Below, piece by piece: positions 61,371-64,000 of a DNA stretch of 64,000 bases (position 1 is the stretch's first letter; every line of letters begins with the position of its first letter). The DNA is from Balanoglossus misakiensis (Eukaryota; Animalia; Hemichordata). The stretch lies in NCBI GenBank assembly GCA_040954595.2, contig CM082591.2:2331745-2395744 (forward strand), read 5' to 3'. A model generated the notes under the pieces. That model was not told the DNA's origin, ran no database searches, and saw only the letters and a list, made by a program, of their open reading frames with translations. The translations under genes and the position numbers were made by a program.

Positions 61371-63764
61371 CTTGTCCACCTGCCTTTGATGGGCTGACTG
61401 TTACATTTGTAACCGTTGACAATTTAGAAACCAATTATGTCATTGTGGCTTACATGAGCGTTGCATGGCTTGAGAGTGGACACACACGTCTCGATAGCCC
61501 TGTGCAATAAATACTATGTTCCTTCGGCTGTGTCAACGGCCTAGAGTTAGCGGGTTTACAGTTGAAAGAGAGAGATTTTCAAATATTTACAAGGGTTAGA
61601 TGTCGCTTATATAGCCGGTTAGATACTCGCTGGGAGTTGATTAATTGTGAACGATGGGTACAAGATGAATACAATGTTTTCTCATTTGGTTGTTAGTTAT
61701 ATATGCTTGAGTTGCCATCCGCCGTTTACTCCCGGGGGATGGACTATTAATGCATATTTTTAGAATCCACTTTGGAGAGTGTTTCTTCTTTATGAGTCTG
61801 AATCGTCCGGTATTCCTACAAATTCAGGTGCCCGTGATGCGTGTCATGGTTTTGGAAACTGGTGCATTTGCGTGAGAGAACACGACATCCATGAATCGCA
61901 CATAGGCCAGTGAGATGTTGTGGTTAGATGTTCTGAGTCCAAGACTTAATCCCACATGAACGAATGAATGAATTGTTAACAAGGGCCAATGTTGATTACT
62001 TCGTGTTGATCTTGAAAATACACACATTCTAAGTGACGTTTCCAATTTTCAGTTGTTGAACGAAGCCAATGCTGTGCTCATCTTCCTAAATGACATGCCC
62101 ACAAACGTTATCTAGTTTCTTTCTGGGAACATCCAGTTTAGTTTCCAGATAGGATGTTGTTCCACCGCCGGGATTAATCAACATCAGATCAAAATGACAT
62201 TCATTTGGAAAGACAGGTCTTCCCTAATATCAAAACCCATTAAAGTTATTTGCAGGTAATTAAAACGCCGGCGAATGACATATTACGAGAAAAGTCGTAA
62301 CATTTCAACAAAACATGTCATTTTAAAAGAACACAAAAGGACCTACGTCTAGCAGATTACCCTTGTGTGTCTACCTTTAAAATTTTGCGAAGGGTTTATT
62401 TGTAGACAAAGTTCTATACGTCAGTCTTCCCAGCGTTGTGCAGTTAATCTGGACAATGTACCCTGTACAGGTGTACACTGTTACCAGAATGCATCAGATT
62501 CGTCACACAGCGTCGGCGGTCATCGGATGACAGAGTTGCGATTTCGAGGCCGGGGTATAGGCGCCAATTCAATTTAGCAGCACACTCCTTCACTGGATTA
62601 CAGTTCCCATGGTAACCAAGACAGATTCCTACACATTTGTAATCCCCTTACACAGTCGAACGAACTTGATCTCCCACCGCCCGGATGAAGTGTCCCGCCT
62701 TTAAGTGGAACGCCCGCCACCCCGAGGCGCTCATAAACTATGTAAACGTTTTCACTGAAGAAAATGGTTTTCTTAGAAGTAGACTACACGATACGTTTAG
62801 GCATTGCTGTTGAAAATATATAGATACAAGTGTAGATTTACAACGGCGTCACAGATTCCGAGATGGTCAGTACAGCTATAGATTGATTCAGACGACAGTG
62901 TTGTATGTATGTATGGCTGTTGAGAATTCTCGTAAAAGAATAAGTATTGGTTTCAATGGCCAGCGACTTGACAACCCGTTCTTCATAGCGGCAACAAGTT
63001 TGTTATATACACACTGTACTGAAGGAAGAAACTCAAGATGTTTTTGACCCAAGCATCGGCATGACAGTTGAATCATACCAAGTCAGATTTATTTTGCAAA
63101 ATATGCGCTAATCAATAGAACATATTAATCTCGAGTTCATAAAGCGCCTTTATCTGCGTAACCGTGGTAACGATTGCAAACAAACACAACCTGGCCGAAA
63201 CAGCAAGCAAGCAATTAAAATATCATTAATGAAGTGGGCTCTAAGCCACAAATACTCCAATTTCCTTTGTAGTGCTGTGACAATGCCTAGGATTCAGGCG
63301 AGTCCGTAACGGATGAACAACCGAGAGAGATCGGCGTTGTATTTAATCATAGGGAATCGTTTAAATTTTAATACAAGCCACTGTTGACACTGCTATGATA
63401 TTATGTTACGGCCGCAAGAAACACGGAAAGCCACTCTCATTTTATTTGTCGACGGAAAATTAAATACAGCGTCATTTATTTTTCATGCCGCCGTTATCAA
63501 TGACGGCCTGGTCCAATGACAGACCTTGCGACTGTACTGGAGGTCAGAATTTCGGATGTTGTACAAACAGAACACATGGTCAGAAGTGACTCGGTTCTCA
63601 CCAAGAGCACTTGCATCCATCAAACAACTGACAACTGATTTTTCAGAGCCGAACTTTGACCGACCTCTATGCGCAGCCTGTCAAATCTGATATGGCAGAA
63701 TATGTCCAATTCTGGAGATGAGAAGATGATTGTGACAGAAGGAAGAAGGGAGAGAATTGACGCG

Positions 63765-63890
63765 GAGAAGGGATGAGAGAGAGAGGGGAGCAAGGCGAGA
63801 CACGGAGTCAGAAAGCCAGAAAGAGAAACGGAAACAGAGAGAGAGACAGGCAGAGATTGAGAGGCAGAAAGAAAAACAGAGGCAGAGAGC
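63765..63890. repeat. Purine-rich (GA) low-complexity tract
   Basis: Visible directly. Confidence 0.7.
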
Positions 63891-64000
63891 TGTGTTTCTG
63901 TAGTTCTGAATCCGCAAATACTGCTTCGATCGAAATCAGTATTGTTTCAAACGCAAAACCAATTAAAACAATATTGTTCAACTTAATTTACACATCAAGC

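Overview
Intron-rich, AT-rich animal genomic DNA, most likely an invertebrate deuterostome (a hemichordate-like origin is a guess). Six protein-coding genes were reconstructed by hand from splice sites and frame continuity: FNBP4 (minus, 5' part, runs off the left edge), head-to-head with RIC8 (plus, 15 coding exons, one GC-AG intron), tail-to-tail with a SIRT3-type sirtuin carrying a long C-terminal extension (minus), a complete LRP5/6 Wnt co-receptor (plus, 24 exons), an apparently uncharacterised secreted protein (minus, 15 exons, about 877 aa: signal peptide, Frizzled CRD flanked by Lys-rich patches, 5 Ig domains, Thr-rich linker, C-terminal duplicated DYCR domain) convergent with LRP5/6, and a vesicular glutamate transporter (SLC17A6/7/8 type, minus). 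Non-coding features include a TA-flanked foldback MITE with perfect arms of about 190 bp in the probable RIC8 3' UTR, a double-hairpin element, a Helentron/HINE-like element with internal repeats of about 240 bp, microsatellites and a ZNF143/YY1/CCAAT bidirectional promoter. The most interesting item is the secreted Frizzled-CRD/Ig protein next to LRP5/6. All exon models are manual and have no transcript or database support.
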